Source: a virus (taxonomy: Duplodnaviria; Caudoviricetes). Taken from it: a stretch of DNA of 64,000 bases. Below the pieces are notes generated by a model that had not been told where the DNA came from, searched no databases, and was given only the letters and a program-made list of their open reading frames with translations. Below, one piece after another: positions 47,973 through 58,270 of the stretch. Position 1 is the stretch's first letter. Each line of letters starts with the position of its first letter. The translations under genes and the position numbers were made by a program. The stretch lies in the IMG/VR virus record IMGVR_UViG_3300047322_000561, positions 2,030-66,029 of that record, one strand, 5' to 3'.

Positions 47973-49003
47973 TGGACACCTCCTGCAGCAAGCGCTTCAC
48001 CGCGCGAGCTGGGCGCGGAACCAGGCTCGGTAGTGGCGCTCGAGGTCGATGCCAAAGGGCTGTCGCCCTGCTCGGCCGCCTCCTGCGCAGCGAGCGCGCG
48101 CTCGGCCTCCTCAGCCTCGGCGGCGTCCTCCTGCGCTTGCTTGACGCGTGCGGCGGCGCGCTCGAGCTCGAGCTTGACGGCCTCGCGCACGACCACGCTC
48201 ATCGTGGGGCGCAGGCGCTTGGCGGTCTCGAGCTGTTGCGCGTACGCCTCGGACGTCTTGACCTCGGGCAGCTGCTCGAGCAGCAACGCGACCGGGTCGA
48301 CGACAGGCGCGCCGTCCGTGAGCCACGCCTTGAGCTTGTGCGCGACGTCCTCGCCGGCCTGCTTCTCGATGTAGCCGTCCAGCGCGCGGCAGCGCGTCTT
48401 GCTCACGATGAAGTTGTGCTCCTGGTCGATGTCCGCAATCACATCGAACTCGTACTCCAAACCATCCCGCTGTTGGGGCTGGAGGCCAACCTTGCGGACT
48501 GTCGTCTGTCCGCGCGAGTCCTTCTCCATGACGTACTCCATCTTGACGCGCATGGTCGCGATGACGTGCATCTTGCACGCGAGGATCGCGTCCACGAGAT
48601 TGTTGTGCATCGGCGTGACCTCTCGCCAGGCGCCGAAGTTGTTGCCGCTCGCGCCGCCGCCTGAGCGCTTGCCGACCTTGTCGACCTGCTCGAGTGCGCC
48701 TTCCTTGCCCATCCATGCGTGGCTCAGCGAGTCGACGATCACGACGTCGTAGCCTTCTGCTTCGGCGGCGCGCAGCGCCTCGACGTAGGTAGCAGGCGCG
48801 AACGTCTCGAGCTCGAGCACGTCGAAGTCAAACTCACCGCTGTACTTGCTCGCGCTGCCGCGCTCCGTGTCGATGAGCGCGATGCGCAGGCCGAGCGCCT
48901 TGGCAATGCGCAGCGCGGTGTACGTCTTGCCGCTGCCGGTCGGGCCGAGCAGCGCCAGGCGCAGACGGGACTGGAGCTTCGTTGCTTTCTTGAACATGGC
49001 CAT
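47969..49003 (-). CDS. Sak4-like AAA ATPase (recombinase)
   Basis: GPTGSGKT, IDTERGS, VDSLSHAW, GLEYEFD, SKTR. Confidence 0.88.
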   Translation of the reverse strand: MAMFKKATKLQSRLRLALLGPTGSGKTYTALRIAKALGLRIALIDTERGSASKYSGEFDFDVLELETFAPATYVEALRAAEAEGYDVVIVDSLSHAWMGKEGALEQVDKVGKRSGGGASGNNFGAWREVTPMHNNLVDAILACKMHVIATMRVKMEYVMEKDSRGQTTVRKVGLQPQQRDGLEYEFDVIADIDQEHNFIVSKTRCRALDGYIEKQAGEDVAHKLKAWLTDGAPVVDPVALLLEQLPEVKTSEAYAQQLETAKRLRPTMSVVVREAVKLELERAAARVKQAQEDAAEAEEAERALAAQEAAEQGDSPLASTSSATTEPGSAPSSRGEALAAGGVQ

Positions 49004-49074
49004 GATCAGACTCCTTCACTCACTCACGTTGTTTAGATCAGACTCACTCGAGCGCGTCCAGCCGGACGACACCA

Positions 49075-49575
49075 TCACTTGATGACGAGCCGCTGGCCGC
49101 GCTCGATTACGGTGCCCGGCACAATCTCGCCGCGTCCGCCGTCGTACGCCCTGAGCACGGCGCGCTTGTCCACGCTGGTCGTCTCGACGACCTTCGTCTT
49201 CTTGAACTCGGGCGGCACGATGTTGATGTTGGTCACCTCGACGCGCTCCGGGTTGAGCTGCAGCTTGAACGTGAAGGTCTCGCCCTCGACCTTCTCGATG
49301 CCGCGCGCGACCATCTGGTGCTGCACGTAGGCGCGCAGGTTCTCGGCGTTGCCCGAGTAGCGCTTGGCCTTGGTCTGCAGGCGCTCGGCCTCGGCCGCGC
49401 ACGCAGCGGCGTCTGCGTCGAGCTGCGCGAGCACCTTGCCGATGCCGGCGCACTTGTGCTCGATGGCCTCGGCGACGTCGCCCAGCGCAGCCGCGAGCGT
49501 CGCGTCGCCCGGCTCAGCCTCTTCGGCGAGCTGCAGCAGCTGCTCGTACTCGGATGCGAGTTCGTACAACCTCAC
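49075..49575 (-). CDS. Gp157-family protein
   Basis: LYEL..EAIEHK..EAERL..L..NP..V..VDK..VPG. Confidence 0.82.
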   Translation of the reverse strand: MRLYELASEYEQLLQLAEEAEPGDATLAAALGDVAEAIEHKCAGIGKVLAQLDADAAACAAEAERLQTKAKRYSGNAENLRAYVQHQMVARGIEKVEGETFTFKLQLNPERVEVTNINIVPPEFKKTKVVETTSVDKRAVLRAYDGGRGEIVPGTVIERGQRLVIK

Positions 49576-50602
49576 GGCGCCACCCGCGTCCACGTGCCGA
49601 CCGCGTCAGCGTCGTAGTCGCCCTCGAACGTCTTGAAGACCGAGACGAGGCCGTCGAACTTCCAGGTCCCCGGACCGTCAGGCGCGCCCACCCAGTGCAG
49701 GAAGTCGTTATGGTCATGGCCGCAGAAGTTCTCGAGCTCGTCCCGCGTGTTGTCGCAGCCGTCCATAACCACGCCGCACGAGCGTTCGAAGTCGGACCAC
49801 ACAGCAGTAAACGCAAGCGTCCGAGTGGCGGCGCCCGTGTTCTGAAGCGGCGGTCTGGTCGGCATCACGCCACCTGCGTTGCGTAGGCGCGCAGGTCCGC
49901 GCAGGTCTGGTCAACGATGGCCTGGTCGAGCTCGGCAATGCGCTGCTCGCACGCCATCATCGCGAGCGCGACGTTGGCGAAGGGCTCGCCGGGCGACAGG
50001 TCCTCGACCTCGTGCTTGTGCGCCGGGCCGTAGACGCGCGACGCGTTCGCGCACCCGTCGCTGAGCACGTTGACGAAGAAGGCCCCGTGCGTCGCGTGCG
50101 TGCGCGACCACGTCCGTAGCTGCCATGCGTTGTCAGTCATTCTGCTGCTCCTCACTCACCAGCCGAGAACTTCCCGGCCGAAATCACTGATGCCGCCGCA
50201 CGCTGCGGCCTCGCGTTCGCGCGCCTCTCGCGCGTAGCGACTGCGCAGGCGGCCGCACGCGCTGCACGTGCACGCCTCGTCGTGGCCCTCTGCGTCGTCG
50301 TCCTCGAGCTGCGCCTCGACGTCCGCCCAGGTCGCGTTGCGACGCGCGAGCGCGCGCAGCAAGAGCGCGCTCGGCCGCCAGCGCGCGCCCCACTTGCTGC
50401 GTGCGTCGCGTGCGATGCTGGCGAAGTGCGCGAGCATCGATGCGCGTGCGCGCGCGTCCTCCTCGGCGGCGATCGCGGGCTCGTCGTAACAGCCGGTCGC
50501 ACGCACCAGGAGCGCGCACAGAGCGCGCGCATAGCTCGCGCTGCGCTGCTCCTGGCGGTAGGCGCGCGGGTCGTCGGCGGTCTCGTGCAGCGGCGTGTTC
50601 AT
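49572..50602 (-). other. three early-left hypothetical CDS (49572-49868, 49865-50155, 50156-50602)
   Basis: Coupled ORFs downstream of the operator at 50602. Confidence 0.55.
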
Positions 50603-50622
50603 GTATACACGTGGTGTATACA
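50602..50622. promoter_or_regulatory. palindromic operator (leftward early promoter)
   Basis: TGTATACAC-GTG-GTGTATACA, perfect arms, touching the start codon. Confidence 0.7.
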
Positions 50623-50798
50623 GGCGACGCGCGACGCGCTAGCGAAAAGGTCGCCGGGGCGCCATTTCGTGGGGCGGGGCCTCGCGTTTCTCGCGTGAAA
50701 GGCGCGTATACGCTGCGCGTGCGCGCAGCGGCTGCGGGGCGGTAGGGCGATCGCATCGCCCCCAAGGGGCGTTACAGCGTCAGCGTCTCGTTACAGCG

Positions 50799-51248
50799 CT
50801 AACGGCTGTCCCCGTACACGAGCAGCACGTAGTGGGGCCCGCTGCGCGTGTAGTGGCCGGCAGCCCAGGGCTCGCACTTGCGCGGCGGCAGCGCGGGCGT
50901 GCGCGTCAGGCCCGCGACGAAGCGCTCGAGCGCTGCGCCGAGGTGCGGGCTGGCGAAGCTCGTGCCGGCAGCGTCGGGCGCGGGCGCTGCCAGGGCGGCG
51001 TACGCAGCTGCGGCGACAGCGACAGGCTGCAGCGTGTTGTCGTTGGCGGGCTTGGCTCGCATGCGCTCAGCGAACTGCGTGAGCGCGGCGAGCTCGGCCT
51101 CGTCGGGCGGCGCCTCCTCGCCTAACCCATAGTCGTCAGGAGCAATCTCAAACAGCGTCCGCGCGACGGCGTTGCTTGTTCTTCGTCCCCGTTTGGCGAG
51201 GTATGTCGCCACCGACTGCCTGTACCGTTCCCCCACTTGAGCCATCAA
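50799..51248 (-). CDS. hypothetical protein downstream of repressor (start uncertain)
   Basis: ORF overlapping the repressor 3' end. Confidence 0.4.
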   Translation of the reverse strand: MMAQVGERYRQSVATYLAKRGRRTSNAVARTLFEIAPDDYGLGEEAPPDEAELAALTQFAERMRAKPANDNTLQPVAVAAAAYAALAAPAPDAAGTSFASPHLGAALERFVAGLTRTPALPPRKCEPWAAGHYTRSGPHYVLLVYGDSR

Positions 51249-51666
51249 CCGAGCTTGCTCGTCGTGTCAGGTTCGCGTCAATCAGCAGTCGGAGTTGATG
51301 CACATCATTTCTGTCAACCGTGCCTGCGGTCAGCAGACTCCACTGGATGCGGCGCAAGCGCATCGCGACAGCAGGTGGACAGTGCGGGCCTTGCTCGGCC
51401 AGGTACTGCTCGACAGCGAGCGGCGCGCGCTCCTCCTCGCGCCCGTGCCACAGGTAGTGCGTCGAGCAGCCGAGCGCGCGGGCGTACGCCTCGAGCATGT
51501 CGGGGCGCGGCTCCATGCCGAGCGTGATGTTGCGGTACACAGCCATCATGCTGACGCCCATGGCGCGGGCGAGCGCGCGCTGTGAGGGGTAGCCCGCCTC
51601 GGCGCGGAGGCGCTCGAGACGCTCGGGCAGGCTCTCAGACTCGGGTGCGGCAGGTCGTTTATACAT
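51148..51666 (-). CDS. CI-like XRE repressor
   Basis: ERLERLR...G..SQRALA.AMGVS......P....L...ARALGCS..YL..G; divergent from Cro-like gene. Confidence 0.8.
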   Translation of the reverse strand: MYKRPAAPESESLPERLERLRAEAGYPSQRALARAMGVSMMAVYRNITLGMEPRPDMLEAYARALGCSTHYLWHGREEERAPLAVEQYLAEQGPHCPPAVAMRLRRIQWSLLTAGTVDRNDVHQLRLLIDANLTRRASSVDGSSGGTVQAVGGDIPRQTGTKNKQRRRADAV

Positions 51667-51731
51667 GGCGTGACTAAGTTTACGCGAGTCGCGCAGCAAA
51701 GTGCACGTGCTGTCGCACAAGGGCTAGATCG

Positions 51732-51752
51732 CGTCTACACGGCGTGTATATC
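51732..51752. promoter_or_regulatory. related operator in rightward promoter
   Basis: CGTCTACAC-GGC-GTGTATATC between CI and Cro. Confidence 0.62.
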
Positions 51753-51763
51753 CTCGCCGAGTC

Positions 51764-51991
51764 ATGCAGACGCGGGGGGACATCGGCAGGCGGATTCGCG
51801 CGGCGCGCAAGCTCGCCAAGGTGCGCGTCCGCGAGCTCGCCGAAGCGCTCAGCGTCGTATCGATGACGGTGTACCGCTGGGAGACCGGCAAGAACCGCGC
51901 ATCGCTCGAGACGCTCGAAGCCATTGCGGACTTTTTGTGCGTGTCGCGCGCCTGGCTGATCACCGGCGACGGCGAGGCGCGCGCAGCATGA
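51764..51991 (+). CDS. Cro-like XRE protein
   Basis: IGRRIRAAR......ELAEAL.V...TVYRWETG. Confidence 0.85.
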   Translation: MQTRGDIGRRIRAARKLAKVRVRELAEALSVVSMTVYRWETGKNRASLETLEAIADFLCVSRAWLITGDGEARAA

Positions 51992-52446
51992 ACAACAGGG
52001 GCGCCAGCATGCCGGTCGTCGTCTACCTCGCGGGCGCGTGCGCCGAGCTCGAGCGCATCCGCAAGTGGGCCGGCGCTGTCTCGCGCTCGCGCTCGCTGGT
52101 GCTCGCGGACCGCTGGTTTGATAGCGCAGCGCAGGCGCCCGAGGCAGGCTCGCTCTCGCACGCGCAGGCGCTCGACGTGCTGCACCAATACCGGGCGCTG
52201 CGCAGTGCGCGCGTCTTCTGGCTGCTCTGGCCGACCGAGCACGAGCACGACGCGTCTGTCTCGTTCGGCTACGCGCTCGCGCAGCGCTTTCACACCGACC
52301 AGAGGTTCGCGATCATCGTGAGCGGTCTGTGCGCTGCGCGCACCGCGCTCACGTCGCTTGCGGACTTCCGCAGCGACTCGGACGCGCTCGGCTTTGACGC
52401 CGTGCTGGCGCTCGCGCAGACGCGCGCCGCGGAGAGCGCGCGATGA
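51988..52446 (+). CDS. nucleoside 2-deoxyribosyltransferase-like fold protein (degenerate)
   Basis: VYLAG..RW..A.V.WLL.P..SFGYALA..IIVSG. Confidence 0.5.
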   Translation: MNNRGASMPVVVYLAGACAELERIRKWAGAVSRSRSLVLADRWFDSAAQAPEAGSLSHAQALDVLHQYRALRSARVFWLLWPTEHEHDASVSFGYALAQRFHTDQRFAIIVSGLCAARTALTSLADFRSDSDALGFDAVLALAQTRAAESAR

Positions 52447-53375
52447 GCTGGTTCAGGGTCGACGACGGCTTCCCCGAGCACCCGAAGGTCGAGGGCCTCG
52501 AGCGCAATCCCAAGCTCTACATGGCCGCGATCACCGTCTGGACGATGATGGGCGCCGACTGCGCGCGACGCCTCACAGACGGTTTCGTGAGTGTTTCGCG
52601 GCTCGAAAAAGTGCTCTGTCGGCTCGGCAAATCGGCGCGAAACGGTGCGACTGCCCTTGTGGATTGCGGACTTTGGCGCGTCGTAGACGGGGGCTGGCAG
52701 TACCACGACTGGCAGGAGTACCAGCCGACGAAGGCGGACGTAGATGCGCTACGTCAAAGCAAAACTGAGCGGCAAAGACGCTGGCGAGGACGCGCTGTAG
52801 ACGCGTCTACACAGCCGACTACGGGCGCGTCTCGAGACGATGCCCTCGTGCGCGCGTCTCCCATCCCATCCCATCCCATCCCATCCCAGAGAGAGAGCGC
52901 GGGCGCTCTCTCCGTGCGCGCGCCCGCTCGTGGCTTCGCCCCTTCCGAGAGCGAGACCCAGACCCAGACGCCCGAGCTGACCGGGTCCGCACTGCGCGCG
53001 CTGTTCCGCTCGACGTGGCTCGCGGCCGGGCGCGACGACCCGCCCTTCCCTGCCGAGGCCGAGCTTGACGACCTGGCCGAGCGCGTGACGAACACGGCCG
53101 CCCGCCGGCGCGTGCCGCCGGCGCAGCTGTTCACCTCGGCGCTCGAGCACTGGGCGCGCTCCGAGCTCAACCCGCGCGAGAAGCGCTCGCCGGTGCAGTG
53201 CTTCGCGGTCGCGTTCGGCGAGGTCATCGACCAGGTCGTCACGTCGCAGCCCAGCGCGCACGGCACGCTGCTCAAGCAGCGCAACGAGGCGCTGCGCAAT
53301 GGCGACACGGAGCGCTACGACGCGCTCAACGCAGAGCTGCGTGCGCTGAACGGAGGAAGCCATGCGCCCGCTTAG
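52443..53375 (+). CDS. phage replication initiator (candidate lytic Rep)
   Basis: WFRVDDGF..HPKV..TDGF..L..CGLW....GW..HDW..YQP; PIPSHPIP linker. Confidence 0.75.
   Translation: MSWFRVDDGFPEHPKVEGLERNPKLYMAAITVWTMMGADCARRLTDGFVSVSRLEKVLCRLGKSARNGATALVDCGLWRVVDGGWQYHDWQEYQPTKADVDALRQSKTERQRRWRGRAVDASTQPTTGASRDDALVRASPIPSHPIPSQRESAGALSVRAPARGFAPSESETQTQTPELTGSALRALFRSTWLAAGRDDPPFPAEAELDDLAERVTNTAARRRVPPAQLFTSALEHWARSELNPREKRSPVQCFAVAFGEVIDQVVTSQPSAHGTLLKQRNEALRNGDTERYDALNAELRALNGGSHAPA
52860..52912. repeat. (CCCAT)5 followed by GAGAGAGCGC/GCGCTCTCTC inverted repeat
   Basis: Read directly. Confidence 0.85.
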
Positions 53376-53859
53376 CGCCGACCCGATGGACCTCGCGCTC
53401 GAGCTCGTCAAGAGCGGCGGCGCTGAGCGCGACCTCTCGCTGTTCAGGCTCGCCGTCGAGCTGTGCGACGCGCTGCCCTCGTACAGCCCGGCGCGCTTTC
53501 AGGCGCGCCCCTACGAGCTCGTCGACAAGACCTTCCTGCAGATCGAGGCGAGCCTCGGCAACGCCGCGTTCTGCGCCGTGCTCGGCGGCTACCGCGCATC
53601 TGTGACCGAGCACGAGGCCATCAGCGCGCAGCGTCTGCTCGTGCTCTGCTCGACGGCGCGCACGCTGCTCAAGCTGTGCGACCGCACGAGCGACGAGCAG
53701 ACACTCAGGCGCATCGAGGGCATGCTCACGCGCATCGCAGGGCACCTCGCGCTCATGTGGGCCGTCGAGCCGCCCGCCGCCTCGATCGACCTGCGCACGT
53801 GGAGCGTGCAGGTCACGCGCCGCTACGACCTCTTGCCGCGCAGCTGGCGGTACGTATGA
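53362..53859 (+). CDS. hypothetical protein
   Basis: GGAGG RBS. Confidence 0.6.
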   Translation: MRPLSADPMDLALELVKSGGAERDLSLFRLAVELCDALPSYSPARFQARPYELVDKTFLQIEASLGNAAFCAVLGGYRASVTEHEAISAQRLLVLCSTARTLLKLCDRTSDEQTLRRIEGMLTRIAGHLALMWAVEPPAASIDLRTWSVQVTRRYDLLPRSWRYV

Positions 53860-54476
53860 GCGAGCAGCGCCCGGTGCCGCAGCCCTGGCCGCACGAGCAC
53901 GGACCGTCGCGCGAGCGTGCGCGGCACCTGCTCTCGCACGGCACCGACGAGAACGTCTACGTGCTCGGCATCGACCAGGCGCAGCGCAGCGGCTGGGCCG
54001 TGCACGACCTGCGCCGCTTCGTGCTGCATGGCTTCACGACGAACGCAGACGAGCAGCAAGACGCCGTCAAAGCCGTGCGCAAGCTGCCCGGCTTTGACAT
54101 CAGCAGACTGCTCGTGCTGTTCGAGGACCACAGCAACATCCCAGCGAGCTCTGGCATCCCCACCAAAAACATTCTGAGCCTCGGCGACTCGCGCGGAGGC
54201 TGGCGCATGCTGCTCGAGATTCTCAAGCACCCGCCGTCGCAGCGCATGCTGGTCGAGCCGAGCGAGTGGCGCCGCGTCATGGGCGTGCGCATCAACCTGC
54301 CGCGCGCTGCATGGAAAAAGAGCGCGCTGTTCTGGGCGACGGTCGTGGCGGGGCAGCCCGTCACCGACGACAACGAGGCTGAGGCGATGGCGATTGCGCA
54401 GTGGGGCGCGGTCGACGGTCTGTTTCGCTGGGCCAAGAAGCGCGAGCTCGAGCTCGGCAAGAGGAGGTCCGCATGA
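53856..54476 (+). CDS. RuvC-like Holliday junction resolvase
   Basis: VLGIDQ..SGWAV, FED, P.EWR, DNEAEA.AIA. Confidence 0.78.
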   Translation: MSEQRPVPQPWPHEHGPSRERARHLLSHGTDENVYVLGIDQAQRSGWAVHDLRRFVLHGFTTNADEQQDAVKAVRKLPGFDISRLLVLFEDHSNIPASSGIPTKNILSLGDSRGGWRMLLEILKHPPSQRMLVEPSEWRRVMGVRINLPRAAWKKSALFWATVVAGQPVTDDNEAEAMAIAQWGAVDGLFRWAKKRELELGKRRSA

Positions 54477-54754
54477 GCAGCGCGGCAGACATCAGTGCGT
54501 GTCTTGGTCCGGTGATTCGCAAGCGTCGCGTCGCGCTCGGGCTGTCGCTGCGCGACCTGGCCAAGCGCGTCGCCACGCACCGCCCGCTCGTCTCGCGCGC
54601 AGAGAGCACGCGGCACGTGCTGTCGATCAGAACGCTCGAGCGCTATGCACGCGCGCTGCACTGCAGGCCCTCTGAGCTGCTCGCTGCGGCCGAGACGCTC
54701 TCTGCTGCGCTGGCCGAGCCCGCCGCGCCTGTCGCGCTCGAGGAGGTGCCCTGA
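54473..54754 (+). CDS. XRE HTH protein
   Basis: IRKRR..LGLSL.DLA......VSR.E......TLERYARAL.C.P.EL. Confidence 0.85.
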   Translation: MSSAADISACLGPVIRKRRVALGLSLRDLAKRVATHRPLVSRAESTRHVLSIRTLERYARALHCRPSELLAAAETLSAALAEPAAPVALEEVP

Positions 54755-55948
54755 TGGGACTGCCACGCGTACCGCTCAACGTGCTCGACGTGCAGGCCGC
54801 ACGCGCACTGCACGGGGCCTCCTTCGAGCGGCTGCTCTGCGCTGTCGCGCGGCTGCCGACGTACCAGCGCACTGCGCTGCGCGAGCTCGCGCGCGAGCTT
54901 GGCCGCGGGGAGCTCCTCGCCATCGTGCCGAACGGACAGGGAAAGGGAACCGACGATGCAAGCTAACTTGTTCATCGAGTCGCTGCAGTGCCTGCTCACG
55001 CAAGACGAGAAGCTCATCCGTGGCGAGGAGCTCGCGCAGCTCTTGCTCACCACGCACAAGCTCGAGCTCGAGAAGAAGACGTTTTGCGACGACATCAAGT
55101 CCAAGCTCGCCGAGGCCGAGGAGCGCGCGCAGGACGTCGGCCGGCAGCTACGCGAGGGCAAAGAGTGGCGCGACATCGAGTGCAAGGAAGTGCCCGACTT
55201 CGAGCACGGCCAGGTCGACACGGTGCGCACCGACATCAACGAGGTCATCCGCTCGCGGCGCATGCGCCCCGAGGAGCGCCAAGAGACCATCGTCTACCCG
55301 GACGGCACGAGCTGCTCGCCGCCCAAGACGCCGCGCTCTCGCCGGCTCGAGCAGACCAACAAGGACGACGACGACGGCGACGCAGACGACGACCTGTTCA
55401 AGAGCGGTCTGCAGTAAGCCGCAGCGACGACGCCACCAGCACAGCAACGGAAAGGAACCTCAGCCCATGCCAGACACGCAAGCATTCGACGACGACCAGA
55501 CCAGCCCCGACGAGCCCATCCCGTACGAGGTCGCTGCAGTCCCCGACGACGCGGCCCCCGAGAAAAAGCGCGTGCACCGGCGCACGGAGCTCGAGCGCCT
55601 GCAGCTGCGCTACCAGAGCAAGCAGAACGTGGTCGACACGTGCAAGTCGCGCGTCGAGTCGCGCGAGGCAGAGCTTGCAGCTGCCCAGCGTGAGCTGCGC
55701 GTCAGCGAGCAGGAGCTCGACCTCATCGGGCGCATGATCGAGCTCGCCCGCGCCCAGCAGGAGCTCAGCCAGTGAGCGACGCGCAGCACTCCCACTCTCC
55801 TGAAGAGCGCGAGCAGCTGCGCGCGGAGGCGCTTGCGCTGCGCGAGTACAACGCCAAGCAGCGCCGCCTCGCCGACCAAGCCAGGAAGGGCACCAAGCGC
55901 AGGGCGCGCAAGCGCGCACGCGACTACCGCCGGCGAGTCTCGCCATGA
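54754..55948 (+). other. four hypothetical CDS (54754-54966, 54956-55417, 55467-55775, 55772-55948)
   Basis: RBSs and overlaps. Confidence 0.6.
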
Positions 55949-56466
55949 TGGCAGCCTGCCCCGCGCCTCGACGTCGCCCACGCTCGCGCAAGCTCCGCGT
56001 CTCGCGCGAGCAGCTGACGATCGTGCGCGCAGTCGCAGCGCGCGGCAGGGCGCGCCGGCAGTGCATCCCGGACGGGCACCCAGGCGCGCTCAGCTGGGAG
56101 CTCACGCCGTGGACCGACGACGACGCTGCGTGGTTTGTGACGAGCGTGCACCCGGGCGGCCTGACGCAAGAGCAGGTCGCCGCCGCGATGGGCATCTCGC
56201 GCGTGCGCGTGAGTCACCTCGAGGGCGAGGCGCTCGAGAAGCTGCGCATCGGCTTCGCGGCCATCCTCGCGCAGTTTCCGCTCAGCGCGCTCGAGCTCGA
56301 GCTCGGCATCGCGCTCGAGCCAGAGGACTACCTGCTCGGCATGTTCGAGCTGTTCGACCGGCATCGCCGCGCAGAAGCGCGTGCTGTTGCGGGACTGATT
56401 CACGCAGCCGCGGCGCCTTATGACCCTGAACCACGAACGCAGTCCCACCACCCACAATCGCCATGA
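55945..56466 (+). CDS. sigma70 region-4 domain protein (candidate late regulator)
   Basis: LTQEQVAAAMGISRVRVSHLEGEALEKLR; directly before terminase. Confidence 0.72.
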   Translation: MMAACPAPRRRPRSRKLRVSREQLTIVRAVAARGRARRQCIPDGHPGALSWELTPWTDDDAAWFVTSVHPGGLTQEQVAAAMGISRVRVSHLEGEALEKLRIGFAAILAQFPLSALELELGIALEPEDYLLGMFELFDRHRRAEARAVAGLIHAAAAPYDPEPRTQSHHPQSP

Positions 56467-56867
56467 GCAAGAATCTCTACAACGAAGACCTGCGCGCGCG
56501 CGTCTGCCAGCTCATCCAGGCAGGCATCGACGAGCTGGACGCGTTCGGCGTCGAAGGCATCTCGCGCACGACGTTCTTCCGCTGGAAGGCCGAAGCCAGG
56601 GAGGGCGTCGAGCCGTACGCGTCGCTCTGGGTGGACGTCGAGCAGGCAGCGTCCAAGCGCAACACGACGCTCACGTTCTGGGCGATGCGCGCCGCGAAGG
56701 CCGGCAACATCGAAGCGATCTTCAAGCAGCTGCGCGCGCACCGGCCCGACCTCTACAACGACAAGCAGCGTGTCGAGCTGAGCGGTCCGAACGGCGGGCC
56801 TATCACGGCAGGCATTCGCTACGTCGTGCACGTGCCCGAGGACGAGCCGGAGGAGCAGGACACGTGA
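56463..56867 (+). CDS. terS: terminase small subunit
   Basis: GISRTTFFRW HTH; ELSGPNGGPI; precedes TerL. Confidence 0.82.
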   Translation: MSKNLYNEDLRARVCQLIQAGIDELDAFGVEGISRTTFFRWKAEAREGVEPYASLWVDVEQAASKRNTTLTFWAMRAAKAGNIEAIFKQLRAHRPDLYNDKQRVELSGPNGGPITAGIRYVVHVPEDEPEEQDT

Positions 56868-58258
56868 CGAGCGAAGCCGCAGTCGAGGAGGTGCACGTCA
56901 GGCTCAACCCAGGGCCGCAGACTGAGGCCGTGCGCTCGTCTGCAGACGTCACCTTGTTCGGCGGGGCCGCAGGTGGTGGCAAAAGTTTTTCCACGCTGTT
57001 CCGCTTCGGTCTGCACGCTGCGCGCTACGAGAAATACTACGGCGCGATCTTCCGGCGCGAGATGCCGCAGGTCACGATGGGCGGCGGCATCTGGGAAGAG
57101 TCGATGAGCATGTACCCCATGTGGTCTGCTCGCCCGAACCTCTCGACGCACGAGTGGCGCTTCCCCGAGACGCGCTCGCTCATCCAGCTGCGCGGTCTGC
57201 AGCACGCCAAGGACGTCATCGACTACGCAGGCGCGCAGTTCACGGAGTTCGCTTTCGAGGAAGCGACCCTGATGGAAGAGACGCAGTTCTGGTTCATGTA
57301 CTCGCGCCTGCGCTCGACGTGCGGAATGCGCCCGCGCTGCTTTCTGACCTGCAACCCCGACCCCGACAGCTGGGTCGCCAAGATGGTCAAGTGGTGGATC
57401 GGCGACGACGGCTATGCCATCCGCGAGCGCGCCGGGGTCAAGCGCTACTTCGTGCGCGACGGCGATGCGCTCATCTGGGGCGACACGGCAGACGAGGTGC
57501 GCGACCGCGCGCAGCACGTGCTCAACCGTCCGCGCTCGACGCGCCCGCAGAGCTTCCGCTTCATCCCAGCCATGCTCGCCGACAACCCGCGCGGCGACCC
57601 TGACTACGAGACCAAGCTGATGGCGCTGTCGCTCGTCGAGCGCATGCGTCTACTCGGCGGCAACTGGAAGATACGGCCCGCTGCCGGCACGGTGTTCAAG
57701 AAAGTCTGGTTCGAGATTGTCGACCGCGTGCCGCACGACGTCATCGCGACCAGCCGTGGCTGGGACCTTGCGGCGACCGAGCCGAGCACCGAGAACAAGG
57801 AGCCCGACTGGACGCGCGGCGTGAAGATGAGCCGGCACGCGTCGGGGCTGTTCGTCGTGCAGGACGTCAAGAGCCTGCGCGACCGCCCTTACGCCGTCGA
57901 GCAGCTCGTGCACAGGACGACCCGCGAGGACGGGCGCGAGTGCCGGCAGGCGATGTGGCAGGACCCTGGCGGCGCCGGCAAGTCCGAGGCGCAGCGTTTT
58001 CTGCGCGAGCTTGCTGGCTGGGACGTGCGCATCGCGGTCGCGTCCGAGAACAAGCTCACGTACGCCAAGCCCGTCAGCGCGCAGGCCGAGGGCGGCAACG
58101 TGAAAGTGCTGCGCGGCGACTGGAACGAGAGCTACCTGAACGAGCTCGAGGCGTTTCCTGACGGCGCCAAGAAAGACCAAGTCGACGCGACCTCGCGCGC
58201 CTTTCTCGACCTGACCACGAGCGTCGTGCCCACGCCCTTCTACGTGCCCGGACTTTAG
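56864..58258 (+). CDS. terL: terminase large subunit
   Basis: GPQ, GGAAGGGKS, FEEAT, TCNP, DNP, GWDLAA, FPDG..DQVDA. Confidence 0.95.
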   Translation: MTSEAAVEEVHVRLNPGPQTEAVRSSADVTLFGGAAGGGKSFSTLFRFGLHAARYEKYYGAIFRREMPQVTMGGGIWEESMSMYPMWSARPNLSTHEWRFPETRSLIQLRGLQHAKDVIDYAGAQFTEFAFEEATLMEETQFWFMYSRLRSTCGMRPRCFLTCNPDPDSWVAKMVKWWIGDDGYAIRERAGVKRYFVRDGDALIWGDTADEVRDRAQHVLNRPRSTRPQSFRFIPAMLADNPRGDPDYETKLMALSLVERMRLLGGNWKIRPAAGTVFKKVWFEIVDRVPHDVIATSRGWDLAATEPSTENKEPDWTRGVKMSRHASGLFVVQDVKSLRDRPYAVEQLVHRTTREDGRECRQAMWQDPGGAGKSEAQRFLRELAGWDVRIAVASENKLTYAKPVSAQAEGGNVKVLRGDWNESYLNELEAFPDGAKKDQVDATSRAFLDLTTSVVPTPFYVPGL

Positions 58259-58270
58259 GAGACCACCGCC

